From: a bacterium
GTDB lineage: Bacteria > Electryoneota > Electryoneia > Electryoneales > Electryoneaceae
Reading direction: 5' to 3'
DNA length: 64,000 nucleotides
Assembly (NCBI GenBank): GCA_963675295.2
Contig: CAXXKJ010000002.1
Coordinates: 2,656,001-2,720,000, forward strand
Each line of letters starts with the position of its first letter. The first letter of the stretch is position 1. Below are positions 39,092 to 47,622 of the stretch, in pieces. Below the pieces are notes generated by a model. It was given only the letters and a program-made list of their open reading frames with translations, was not told where the DNA came from and ran no database searches. Made by a program: the position numbers and the translations under genes.

Positions 39092-39679
39092 TCAACGATT
39101 GCGGATATCCGGTCCGAAGAAGGGGTCATCAAAACGGCTGAACATACTGCCGTAACCATAGCCATACCCGTAACCGTACCCGTACGGGCTGCCGTAGCCG
39201 TACATCCCCGGCGCATTACGGTTAACGCTGATCTGAATCCGCATGTTGTCGCGCGGCTTCCAGATCAAATCCGCTCCGCCGAACAGCTCGGCGTTGTTGA
39301 AGAACGAACTCATCGCGCTCTGGCCCGGCTGCGTCATCGCGCCAGTGGTCGCGTACGGATTGTTCGTCACACCCGTGCGCAGCTGCAGCAACACCGGCGC
39401 ACTGAACCGGTAGCTCAGCGTGTTCATGTAATAGCCCTGGGTGTAGCCGTGCCCACCCGAGGACATGTAACCCATCCCGACTGAATGGCTCATCTGAATC
39501 CGGGATGGATCGAGAATTCCGTTAAAGCCGTAGCCGGTGTTAACATCCGGAACACGCAGAGTTTCGCTGGTGGTCGGTCCTTCCGGGGCGTCACGATACG
39601 GCGCCTGCGCCTGGGCAGAGCCCAGCCACAACATGGCCAACAGCGTGCACAACGTGATCGCAACGGGTAACCGTCTCAT
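39092..39679 (-). CDS. Secreted hypothetical protein with a Tyr-Gly repeat tail
   Basis: GGAGG RBS, signal peptide, beta-rich core and C-terminal YGYGSPYGYGYGYGYGYG. Confidence 0.75.
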   Translation of the reverse strand: MRRLPVAITLCTLLAMLWLGSAQAQAPYRDAPEGPTTSETLRVPDVNTGYGFNGILDPSRIQMSHSVGMGYMSSGGHGYTQGYYMNTLSYRFSAPVLLQLRTGVTNNPYATTGAMTQPGQSAMSSFFNNAELFGGADLIWKPRDNMRIQISVNRNAPGMYGYGSPYGYGYGYGYGYGSMFSRFDDPFFGPDIRNR

Positions 39680-39704
39680 GGGAACCTCCGTGTTTCCAGC
39701 TCGA

Positions 39705-39734
39705 AAAGTAACCCCACGGCGCGAGATGAATCAA
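39705..39734 (-). promoter_or_regulatory. sigma70-like promoter
   Basis: TTGATT-N18-TACTTT on the minus strand. Confidence 0.45.
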
Positions 39735-40483
39735 GCGGACTCTTGCCGTTGCCGCCAAATCCGTTCCGCGGCAGCGAGATCCTCGGGAGTGTTCACCCCG
39801 TGGATTTCGTCAAACTCCGCCACCCACGCCGATACGGGCATCTTTTGCTTGAAGAACGATTCAAAGACGTCTGTTAGATAATACTCGCCTTGCGCATTTT
39901 CGTTTCGGAGCGCGTGGAGTTCCGGGAACAGGTGCTTCGCGTCATACAGGTAGATCCCGGAGTTGATCTCGGGGATCTCACGCTCGGCATCGGTGCAATC
40001 CTTGTGTTCACGGATGGCGTTGACGTTGCCGTCTTCGTCACGCAGTACGCGTCCATACCCGGTCGGATCGGGCGCATTGGCGGTGATCACGGTCGCGACA
40101 ACACCCTTTTTCCTGTGATGTTCGGCGACGTTGCGGATCGTCTCTTCGCTCAGCAACGGAACATCGCCGGAGAGGACGAGGATCTCGCCCTCGTAGTCGT
40201 CAAGCTTCTCCTCGGCCATCATCGCCGCATGGCCTGTACCCAGCAGTTCGGACTGGATCGCGTACTCCACCCCAGCCGCTTCGACGACGGGGATGGTCAG
40301 CTCTTTCTTGTGGCCGACGATGACCACGATACGGTCCGCACCGCTGGATTTTGCTTGTTGGATGACATGGGCGAGCATCGGTTGACCGCCGATCGGATGC
40401 AGCACTTTCGGCAGATCGGAGTGCATTCGTTTTCCGGCACCAGCAGCGAGGATGATCGCCGCCAGTTTCCGTCCTTCCGTCAT
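39731..40483 (-). CDS. GlmU-like N-acetylglucosamine-1-phosphate uridylyltransferase domain (stand-alone)
   Basis: ILAAGAGKRMHSDLPKVLH, LGTGHA, GDVPLL, PTGYGRV, EINSGIY, NAQGEYYLTD and GVN; no left-handed beta-helix follows. Confidence 0.87.
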   Translation of the reverse strand: MTEGRKLAAIILAAGAGKRMHSDLPKVLHPIGGQPMLAHVIQQAKSSGADRIVVIVGHKKELTIPVVEAAGVEYAIQSELLGTGHAAMMAEEKLDDYEGEILVLSGDVPLLSEETIRNVAEHHRKKGVVATVITANAPDPTGYGRVLRDEDGNVNAIREHKDCTDAEREIPEINSGIYLYDAKHLFPELHALRNENAQGEYYLTDVFESFFKQKMPVSAWVAEFDEIHGVNTPEDLAAAERIWRQRQESA

Positions 40484-41331
40484 GAAATCTCCAGCAGGAT
40501 ATTGTCGATCAGTCGCACGTTTCCAAATCGAACCGCGAGGGCGAGCAGGGACGTTTCCTTCACTGTATCCACCGGTTCGAGGTTGTTCCAGCCGACGAGC
40601 TGGATGTAGTCCACCGTCGCGTCATCCGAATGTTGCAGGATATGCCGCCGGACCGCGCCGGTGAGTTTCTCTGCGCTACGTTCGCCCTGGTTAAACAGCT
40701 TTTGCGCCAGTTGCAGCCCTTCGTACAACACCGGAGCCTGCGAACGGTGCAGCGGTTTTAATCTCACATTCCGGCTGCTCATCGCGAGGCCGCTCGACTC
40801 CCTCAAAGTGTCCCCGAGCAGGATCTTGACGCCAAACTGCAGGTCATCGTTCAGCTGCATCAGGATACGGGCCTGCTGCGCATCTTTTCGGCCGAAAACA
40901 GCGACGTCCGGATTGACCACATTGAACAGCTTGCTGACGATGGTGGTTACGCCCTTGAAATGTCCGGGACGGTTGGCACCGCAGAGATGCTTACCGAGTT
41001 CATTCACCTCGACATAGGTCTTATAGCCCTGCGGATACATATCGTCAACTGATGGAATCCAGACCGCGTCGGCACCACGTTCCTCACACAGCCGCAGGTC
41101 GCGGTCCTCATCACGCGGGTAGCTGTCGAAATCTTCGCCCGGGCCGAACTGAGTAGGGTTGACAAAGATGCTGACGATGGTCTGGTCGGCGTGTTCGCGG
41201 GCGAGATCAACGAGGCTCAAGTGGGCTTCGTGCAGATACCCCATGGTCGGGATGAAGCCGATGGTTTTTCCGGCGGCGTGCTGCTCACGTGACCACAGGC
41301 GCACGCTTTCCGGTGAGGTCAGCAGCTTCAT
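40480..41331 (-). CDS. panC: Pantoate--beta-alanine ligase
   Basis: PTMGYLHEAH, SIFVNPTQF, RPGHFKGV, FGRKDAQQ, GLAMSSRN and RLIDN. Confidence 0.95.
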   Translation of the reverse strand: MKLLTSPESVRLWSREQHAAGKTIGFIPTMGYLHEAHLSLVDLAREHADQTIVSIFVNPTQFGPGEDFDSYPRDEDRDLRLCEERGADAVWIPSVDDMYPQGYKTYVEVNELGKHLCGANRPGHFKGVTTIVSKLFNVVNPDVAVFGRKDAQQARILMQLNDDLQFGVKILLGDTLRESSGLAMSSRNVRLKPLHRSQAPVLYEGLQLAQKLFNQGERSAEKLTGAVRRHILQHSDDATVDYIQLVGWNNLEPVDTVKETSLLALAVRFGNVRLIDNILLEIS

Positions 41332-42131
41332 GCGAAATAGCTTTCGTCGTCGTTGGGGAAATCGCGGTTGCGAATGTCATCGATGTATTGACGCACCGAG
41401 TCACCGATCAGTTTGCTGCCCTCGAGGTAGCGCCGGACGAAGCGGAATTTCGGACCGAGACCGAGCATGTCATAACTGACCAGGATCTGCCCGTCACACT
41501 GCGGACCGGATCCGATGCCGATGGTCGGGATGGTCAACGATTCGCTGACTTCTTTCGCCAGGTCGACCGGGATTTTTTCCAACACGATGGCGAATACGCC
41601 GGCGTCCTGGAGTTTCAGTGCGTCCTCACGGATGCGTTGCGCTTCCTTCTCCTCCGCGCCACGAAGCGCGTAGCCGCCGAACGCGTGTACTGATTGCGGG
41701 GTCAGGCCGAGATGTCCCATCACCGGCATGCCCATCTCGGTCATGCGGGCGATGGCGTCCAACGCATGGCCAGCGCCCTCTACCTTGACCGCTTCCGCAC
41801 GGCCTTCCTTCATCAGCCGGATGCAGCCCTCAATGCAGGCTTCAGTCGATACCTGTGCGACGCCGAAGGGGAGATCCGCAACCAGCAGCGCGCGTTTCAC
41901 GCCACGGCTGACATTCTTCGTCAGGAAGACGATCTCATCCAGTGTGATGGAGATCGTGTCAGGCAAGCCGGTGATCACCATTCCGGACGAATCGCCGACG
42001 AGGATCACATCCAGCCCGGCTTTGTCCTCGACAGCGGCGAGGGTTGCGTCGTAGGCTGTGAGCGCGGCGATCGGCACACCCTTACGTTTCATCTCGGCGA
42101 GGTACGGTGCGGTGATTTTTTTCGGTTCCAT
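41328..42131 (-). CDS. panB: 3-methyl-2-oxobutanoate hydroxymethyltransferase
   Basis: LTAYD, ILVGDS, ADLPF, VKVEG, GHLGLTPQS and IGIGSG..CDGQILV. Confidence 0.96.
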   Translation of the reverse strand: MEPKKITAPYLAEMKRKGVPIAALTAYDATLAAVEDKAGLDVILVGDSSGMVITGLPDTISITLDEIVFLTKNVSRGVKRALLVADLPFGVAQVSTEACIEGCIRLMKEGRAEAVKVEGAGHALDAIARMTEMGMPVMGHLGLTPQSVHAFGGYALRGAEEKEAQRIREDALKLQDAGVFAIVLEKIPVDLAKEVSESLTIPTIGIGSGPQCDGQILVSYDMLGLGPKFRFVRRYLEGSKLIGDSVRQYIDDIRNRDFPNDDESYFA

Positions 42132-43297
42132 CAGCGATCATCCTCCGCAGTCACGGCGGGTTCGGTTAACGCTTCAACTTCCGAATTTCGCAGCGCGCGG
42201 GCAATGATCCCGCCTCCCCAGACGGCGTCTCCACGGTACCACACCGCCGACTGGCCAGGTGTGACGGCATTCACCGGTTTGTCGAAGACCACCGATACAC
42301 GTCCATCCTGCTCCGGGTAGACTGTAGCCTGGAACCCCCTGGGGTCGTTGTAACGGATCTTGACGACGCATGCGGTTGGTTCCTCAGGCGCGTCGAACGA
42401 CACCCAGTTTGGCGTGTTGACCAACATGCCGGGACGCGCGAGCGCTGCCCGGTCACCAACCACGACACGGTTCCGCTCGGCGTCGAGCTCGGTGACGTAG
42501 TACGGGCCGTGACCGTCGGAGATGTCCAGTCCGCGGCGTTGGCCGATAGTGAAGGAATAAAAGCCGCTGTGCGAGCCTACCGTTCTGCCGTCCTGATCAA
42601 CAATCTCGCCCTCGCCGATGGTGTTGACCTTGTCGGCGTGTGCGCTGCGCAAGTGGTCGTCGTATCGTCCGTGAATAAAGCACACGTCCTGGCTGTCCGG
42701 CTTCTCGGCGGTGCGGAAATCCAGTTCACGCGCTTTGTCGCGGATCTTGTCCTTGGTCCACTCGCCAAGTGGCAGCAGAGTCATGCTCAATGCCGTGCGC
42801 GGCAATTGCCACAGAGCGTAACTCTGGTCCTTGAGCGGGTCGAGCCCTTTCTCGAGGCGTGGTCCGGATTCGGTGTGCGTGATGCGAGCGTAGTGGCCGG
42901 TCGCGATGAAATCAAAGCCGAAGACAGGCGCGCGCTTCAGCACCTCGCCCCACTTGAGGTACGTGTTGCAGGCGATGCACGGATTCGGGGTACGTCCCTC
43001 GAGGTAGGCGTTTTCGTACGGCTGGACGACATTCCGCGTGAACTGGTCGCGTAGATCTAGCACCAGGTGCTCGATGCCGAGCTGATGGCAGATTACTCGG
43101 GCATCCATCTGGTGCGAGACGTCGCAACAGCCGCGTTCCCCGACGGGGCGTGCGCCCGCGCTCTCGTAGTCCCAGAGCTGCAGCGTGAGGCCGACAACAT
43201 CGTAGCCCTGCTCCAGTAACAACGCGGCGGCGACAGAGCTATCCACTCCCCCGCTCATCAACACTCCGACACGCGTCATGTCGCCGTTGGTGCTCAC
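42131..43297 (-). CDS. mnmA: tRNA 2-thiouridine(34) synthase MnmA
   Basis: MSGGVDSSV, TPNPCIACN, ATGHYA, KDQSY, DSQDVCF, TIGQRRG and TPGQSAV. GTG start overlaps the upstream TGA. Confidence 0.95.
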   Translation of the reverse strand: MSTNGDMTRVGVLMSGGVDSSVAAALLLEQGYDVVGLTLQLWDYESAGARPVGERGCCDVSHQMDARVICHQLGIEHLVLDLRDQFTRNVVQPYENAYLEGRTPNPCIACNTYLKWGEVLKRAPVFGFDFIATGHYARITHTESGPRLEKGLDPLKDQSYALWQLPRTALSMTLLPLGEWTKDKIRDKARELDFRTAEKPDSQDVCFIHGRYDDHLRSAHADKVNTIGEGEIVDQDGRTVGSHSGFYSFTIGQRRGLDISDGHGPYYVTELDAERNRVVVGDRAALARPGMLVNTPNWVSFDAPEEPTACVVKIRYNDPRGFQATVYPEQDGRVSVVFDKPVNAVTPGQSAVWYRGDAVWGGGIIARALRNSEVEALTEPAVTAEDDR

Positions 43298-44493
43298 CAG
43301 ACCGCCATCTCCCGCAGGCGCTTGACATGCTTGCCGATCATTTGCGCCGCGTACAGCAGATCGTCGGCGGAATTGCCGCGTCCGAGGGTGACACGAATGG
43401 ATGCGTTCGCCTGCTCGCCGTTCAAGCCGAGCGCGGTGAGCACGTGGGATGGGTTGGTGCTGCCGGAGCTGCACGCCGACCCGATCGAGATTGCGACACC
43501 GTCCAGGTCGAGTGCGAGAAGAAGCGAGTCCGCCTCGACTCCCGGGAATTGCAGGTTCAGGTTGAGGTAGATTCGGTTCTCGAGGCTTCCATTGACGATT
43601 ACCTCGCCATCAACTTCGGCCTTGATCCACTGGAGGAACAGGTCACGCAGCTCGCCGATGCGCTTGGCGTCGGATTCCATCATCTCAGTGCAAAGCAATG
43701 CTGCGGCGCCAAAACCGGCAATACCCGGCATGTTTTCGGTGCCGGTGCGGACACCTTTCTCCTGTCCGCCACCAAACTGCCGTGACGACAGCTCAACGCC
43801 CTCGCGGATGTATAACGCGCCAACGCCCTTCGGGCCATAGATCTTGTGGCTGCTCATGGATACGAGGTCAACGGGTAGCGATTCGACGTCCAGCGGTACC
43901 TTGCCAAAGCCCTGCACGGCATCAGTGTGGAACAACGCACCCCGATCTTTCGCGATGGCGACAAGTTGATCGAGCGGTTGAATCGTGCCGATTTCGTTGT
44001 TGACCTGCATGATGCTGACCAGCGCGGTCTGATCGGTCATCACGTCGCGGAGTGCATCCGGGTCGACGAAACCGTCCGGCGTAACCGGGAGGATCGTGAC
44101 CGTGAAGCCGTCCTTCTCCAGCGCATCAGCGGCCTTGAGCACGGCGCTGTGTTCGATGGCGTCGGTGATGAAATGGTCGCCACGTCCGGCCGCGCGGGCG
44201 GCGTGCATCGCGCCGATGATCGCGAGGTTGTCCGCCTCGGTACCACCGGATGTGAAGAAAACGTTTTCCGGCTTGGCGTTGATCAGCGCGGCGACCTGTT
44301 CACGGGAACGCTCGAGCACGATCTTCGCGTCGTTGCCGATGCGGTACTTGCTTGAGGGGTTGCCCCACTGTTCCAGCATGGTACGCTTGACCACTTCCGC
44401 GACGGACGGATCCACCGGCGTCGTCGCACTGTGATCGAGGTAGACACTTCGCTTGTCGCCGGATTGCGGCTGGTTGTTGTTCGACTCAAACAT
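43294..44493 (-). CDS. Cysteine desulfurase (IscS/NifS family)
   Basis: YLDHSATT, GNPSS, TSGGTEAD, NNEIGTIQP, HTDAVQ, SSHKIYGPKG and GSACSSG. Confidence 0.93.
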   Translation of the reverse strand: MFESNNNQPQSGDKRSVYLDHSATTPVDPSVAEVVKRTMLEQWGNPSSKYRIGNDAKIVLERSREQVAALINAKPENVFFTSGGTEADNLAIIGAMHAARAAGRGDHFITDAIEHSAVLKAADALEKDGFTVTILPVTPDGFVDPDALRDVMTDQTALVSIMQVNNEIGTIQPLDQLVAIAKDRGALFHTDAVQGFGKVPLDVESLPVDLVSMSSHKIYGPKGVGALYIREGVELSSRQFGGGQEKGVRTGTENMPGIAGFGAAALLCTEMMESDAKRIGELRDLFLQWIKAEVDGEVIVNGSLENRIYLNLNLQFPGVEADSLLLALDLDGVAISIGSACSSGSTNPSHVLTALGLNGEQANASIRVTLGRGNSADDLLYAAQMIGKHVKRLREMAVW

Positions 44494-44495
44494 GG

Positions 44496-45080
44496 TCAGA
44501 CCTGTGTGCGCCACCAGTCGGCGAACGCCCGCAGCGCCCGTCCCCGGTGACTGATCTTGTTTTTCTCGTCCGCGCCCATCTCGGCCAGGGTGCGTATTTC
44601 GTTCTCTGGCACGAAGACCGGATCGTAGCCGAAACCGTTCTCGCCACGCGGGGTGTCGATGATACGCCCCTCGAGCACACCGTCAAAGCGCAATGGTTCG
44701 TGTCCATCGACGACGCAGCAAATCACAGTCCGGAAACGCGCGGTTTTCGATGCTGGGTCAGCATCACGAAGTTCGTGCAGCAGCTTGTTGACGTTGTCGG
44801 CGTAGGTGGCGTCCTCCCCGGCGTATCGCGCTGCATACACCCCCGGCTCGCCGTTGAGCGCATCAACCTCAAGGCCGGTGTCGTCCGCGATGCTCAGCTG
44901 CCCGGTCCGACGGTAGCCTTCCTCAGCTTTCAGCAGCGCGTTGGCGAACAAGGTGTCGCCGGTTTCGTCCACATCGGGATCGTCCGGAGCGGGATGTAAA
45001 ACCTCCACCTCTTCGCCGAGCAACTCCTTCAGTTCACGGAGTTTGTCCTTGTTCTTGGTTGAAACGTACAAGCTGGGCAT
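44496..45080 (-). CDS. rdgB: Non-canonical purine NTP pyrophosphatase (RdgB/HAM1)
   Basis: STKNKDKLRE, ADDTGLEVDALNGEPGVYAARY, GFGYDPVF and KNKISHR. Confidence 0.94.
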   Translation of the reverse strand: MPSLYVSTKNKDKLRELKELLGEEVEVLHPAPDDPDVDETGDTLFANALLKAEEGYRRTGQLSIADDTGLEVDALNGEPGVYAARYAGEDATYADNVNKLLHELRDADPASKTARFRTVICCVVDGHEPLRFDGVLEGRIIDTPRGENGFGYDPVFVPENEIRTLAEMGADEKNKISHRGRALRAFADWWRTQV

Positions 45081-45108
45081 GAGATAATTCCACGTAAGCT
45101 GTTCAGGA

Positions 45109-46269
45109 TCAGAGGATGGTAAGGAATGAATCGCCGGGTCCACTCCACTCCAGCTCGAAAAACTCCGCGAGAGTGGCGGCGACATCGCTGAAGTTCCGGG
45201 TTCCGATGCCGGTTCCGGACGAGCCTCGGCCGTACATCGCCAGCAGTGGCACCTGTTCACGCGAATGGTCGGTACCGGGGTGCAGCGGATCGTTGCCGTG
45301 GTCAGCGGTGATGATCAGCAGATCGTCAGGCCGTAGCGCCTCCAGCCACCGCGCCAGTCCCTTGTCGAATTCTTCAAGCCCGGACGCGAAGCCAGCCGGG
45401 TCGTTGCGGTGCCCCCAGAGCGTGTCGAAATCGAGCAGGTTGGTAAAGGTCAGGCTGGTCTCATCACTGGCCATCCGTCGCAGGGTCGCCTCGATCCCGA
45501 GGGCGTTGGTCGCAGTCTTTTCCTGCGAGGTGAACCCCCGGCCCGCGAACAGCGTTCCGACCTTGCCGACGCCATATACCGGAATTTTTCGTTCCTGCAA
45601 TTTGTCGAGCACCGTGTCAGCAGTTGGTTCGACGGCGAAGTCCTTGCGGTTGGCGGTGCGTTCGAAGGCTCCCTCTTTACCAATGAATGGCCGCGCGATC
45701 ACCCGCCCGACACGATGCGGCGGCTGCAGGCGGTCCCGCAGTTCCTGACAGATATGGTAGAGCTCGTCGAGTGGGACGATGTCCTCGTGCGCGAGCAATT
45801 GCAGCACGGAATCGGCTGAGGTATACAGGATCAGAGCACCGGAGCGGACATGTTCACCGCCGAGGCGTTCCATGATCTCGGTGCCGGAGGCTGCAGCATT
45901 GCCGAGGATTTCACGTCCGCTGACCTCGCGCACCAGGTCAACGATTTCGGGTGGGAAGCCAGCCGGGTAGGTCGGGAATGGGATCTCGTTAATCACGCCA
46001 CACAGTTCCCAGTGCCCTGTGACCGAGTCTTTTCCGGCGCTGTGCTCACGGAGAAGCCCGTGTACGGCGCGAGGCTCGTTCACGGGCTGAAGTCCTGCCA
46101 ATGGTGCGATGTTCGCCAGCCCGAGCGCCTGCAGGTTTGGCAGGTGCAACGAACCGGCATATTCGGCCACATGGCCCAGCGTATTCGCGCCGTCATCTCC
46201 ATAACTGGAGGAGTCCGGCGCCGGTCCAAAACCGACGCCGTCCAGAATCACTAGAAATGCTCGGCGCAT
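45109..46269 (-). CDS. deoB: Phosphopentomutase
   Basis: LVILDGVG, GKDSVTGHWE, YTSADSV, RVIARPF, DFDTLWGHRND, TADHGNDP and TDHSRE. Confidence 0.93.
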   Translation of the reverse strand: MRRAFLVILDGVGFGPAPDSSSYGDDGANTLGHVAEYAGSLHLPNLQALGLANIAPLAGLQPVNEPRAVHGLLREHSAGKDSVTGHWELCGVINEIPFPTYPAGFPPEIVDLVREVSGREILGNAAASGTEIMERLGGEHVRSGALILYTSADSVLQLLAHEDIVPLDELYHICQELRDRLQPPHRVGRVIARPFIGKEGAFERTANRKDFAVEPTADTVLDKLQERKIPVYGVGKVGTLFAGRGFTSQEKTATNALGIEATLRRMASDETSLTFTNLLDFDTLWGHRNDPAGFASGLEEFDKGLARWLEALRPDDLLIITADHGNDPLHPGTDHSREQVPLLAMYGRGSSGTGIGTRNFSDVAATLAEFFELEWSGPGDSFLTIL

Positions 46270-46282
46270 ACGCTTGGTCTAC

Positions 46283-46480
46283 TCAAGCAAAAATTTCTTT
46301 CTCCTTGGAGGCAACGACGTCCACCATCACCGCGCGGTAACGGTACACCCCGGGCTTGCCTTCAACTTCCTGCGGGCGCAACACTTGAACGGTGGTGATT
46401 TCTTCACCGGCTTCGTTGAAGCGCTTCGACGCCTGCTTACCTTTCGCCAGCTTCGCGGCGAACGTCTTGCCCTTCGGCAT
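46283..46480 (-). CDS. Small basic protein (65 aa), unknown function
   Basis: AGGAG RBS, its own promoter-like motif, and Lys-rich N-terminus MPKGKTFAAKLAKGK. Confidence 0.7.
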   Translation of the reverse strand: MPKGKTFAAKLAKGKQASKRFNEAGEEITTVQVLRPQEVEGKPGVYRYRAVMVDVVASKEKEIFA

Positions 46481-46554
46481 GGTCAACTCCTGATGCTATC
46501 AACATGCTGTCGTACACGATTTCAGGGCGGGTAAAATCCCGCTTCAAGACCCCG

Positions 46555-46584
46555 AAGGTACGTCAACCAAACCGCGTACAGCAA
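46555..46584 (-). promoter_or_regulatory. sigma70-like promoter for the small basic protein/deoB operon
   Basis: TTGCTG-N18-TACCTT on the minus strand. Confidence 0.4.
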
Positions 46585-46620
46585 GTCCGAACCGGGGATG
46601 GGCTCGGGTTGCGGCGGGAC

Positions 46621-47154
46621 TTATTCCCCACCACTGACCGTTTGCACCGGATAATCCGGCAGGTCACGCTGATGCGTGCTCAGGCTATCATTCGCCATGC
46701 TGCTGTCGACGGCGTCCGCCAGCATACCATCATCAATCGATTCCGGCATCGCCATCTTCTCTGCACTCATGACCGCTGGCGTTTCGGTTTCAGCCACCGG
46801 CGCCGTTGCCACAGAACTCTCCTGTAGGGTCGGGAACATCACGAACGCCATCGCCGCTACACCGGCCACTGCACCGACAGTCACCACGGGCCACCGAAGC
46901 CAGCTCGATCGCTCCGGCTGGGGAGCCTCCGATTCGCTGTGATTTGCCGCGAACACACGCATGCGGTAAGCAAAATCCGCAGGTGCGACTTCAGGCTCGT
47001 CGTCGAGCAGTAGTTCGCGTACCCAGTCACCGCCTTCAGAGAAGGCTTGACACTGCTTGTCCGTTTTCGCGAGACGCTCGAGTTCGTCACGTGTTGCCTG
47101 GTCGAGTTCGTCCCGCTTGGGCCATAACTCTTCAAATCGTTCCAGATCCATCAT
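46621..47154 (-). CDS. Probable membrane-bound anti-sigma factor
   Basis: Downstream of the ECF sigma gene; helical N-terminus ending PADFAYRM, one TM helix and an acidic tail. The zinc motif is degenerate (only one Cys). Confidence 0.7.
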   Translation of the reverse strand: MMDLERFEELWPKRDELDQATRDELERLAKTDKQCQAFSEGGDWVRELLLDDEPEVAPADFAYRMRVFAANHSESEAPQPERSSWLRWPVVTVGAVAGVAAMAFVMFPTLQESSVATAPVAETETPAVMSAEKMAMPESIDDGMLADAVDSSMANDSLSTHQRDLPDYPVQTVSGGE

Positions 47155-47255
47155 TCTTCCACACTCATGCCAAAGGTTGCCACACGCCTGCGGCCGCATT
47201 TAGCGGACCTGTCAGGCCCAATCACCTCCATCTCCCTTGGATACTTCCGCGTCTA

Positions 47256-47612
47256 TGCAACAAGGATCCCAGCACGAAGGTTCCCAACCTCCGCTATCCC
47301 CTGATCCTTATCGTCTGGTAAGAGAACTTCGCACAACATGCAGCGTTGCCGGGTCTGACCCATCGACCCTGTGCTGGTGCAACGTCTCAACCGTGATGTG
47401 GTTCCCGGGAAAGTCTCCCCCGTGTCTCACAGTCTCTTTTCGCTTGTGCGTATTGGCTGGATTTCCGAACAGTGCAGGTTGGTCGTCGAGGTAGAAATGC
47501 GAACGTTGTGAGGTACAACCTGTCAGCAATGTTCGATTACATCTCCCGGAAATCCGTGAAATCCAATATCCATCGTACGGGTATAACACGAGAGCAGAAG
47601 GTGAAGGTTCCC
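47256..47612 (-). promoter_or_regulatory. Three ECF-sigma-type promoter motifs (GGGAAC...GTT/CGT)
   Basis: Minus strand: GGAAC-N16-CGTGTTATA (47611-47582), GGAAC-N16-CGTTGCA (47405-47378) and GGAAC-N18-GTTGCA (47284-47256). Confidence 0.5.
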
Positions 47613-47622
47613 GATTTTCGTA

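Noticed and set aside
41221-41232. PanC HEAH in place of HEGH
   Set aside because: A single conservative change with both histidines kept and all other motifs intact; not enough to infer altered function.
42131-43474. Long N-terminal extensions in the ORF track (mnmA, lpxC, skp, bamA, argS, rdgB, holA, GT2 at 55072)
   Set aside because: They come from the longest-ORF rule and overlap upstream genes; downstream starts with an RBS or coupled stop/start fit the family N-termini.
47308-47589. 93-aa ORF between the sigma and anti-sigma genes
   Set aside because: No RBS or recognisable features, and it overlaps the promoter-like motifs. It cannot be fully excluded without homology data.
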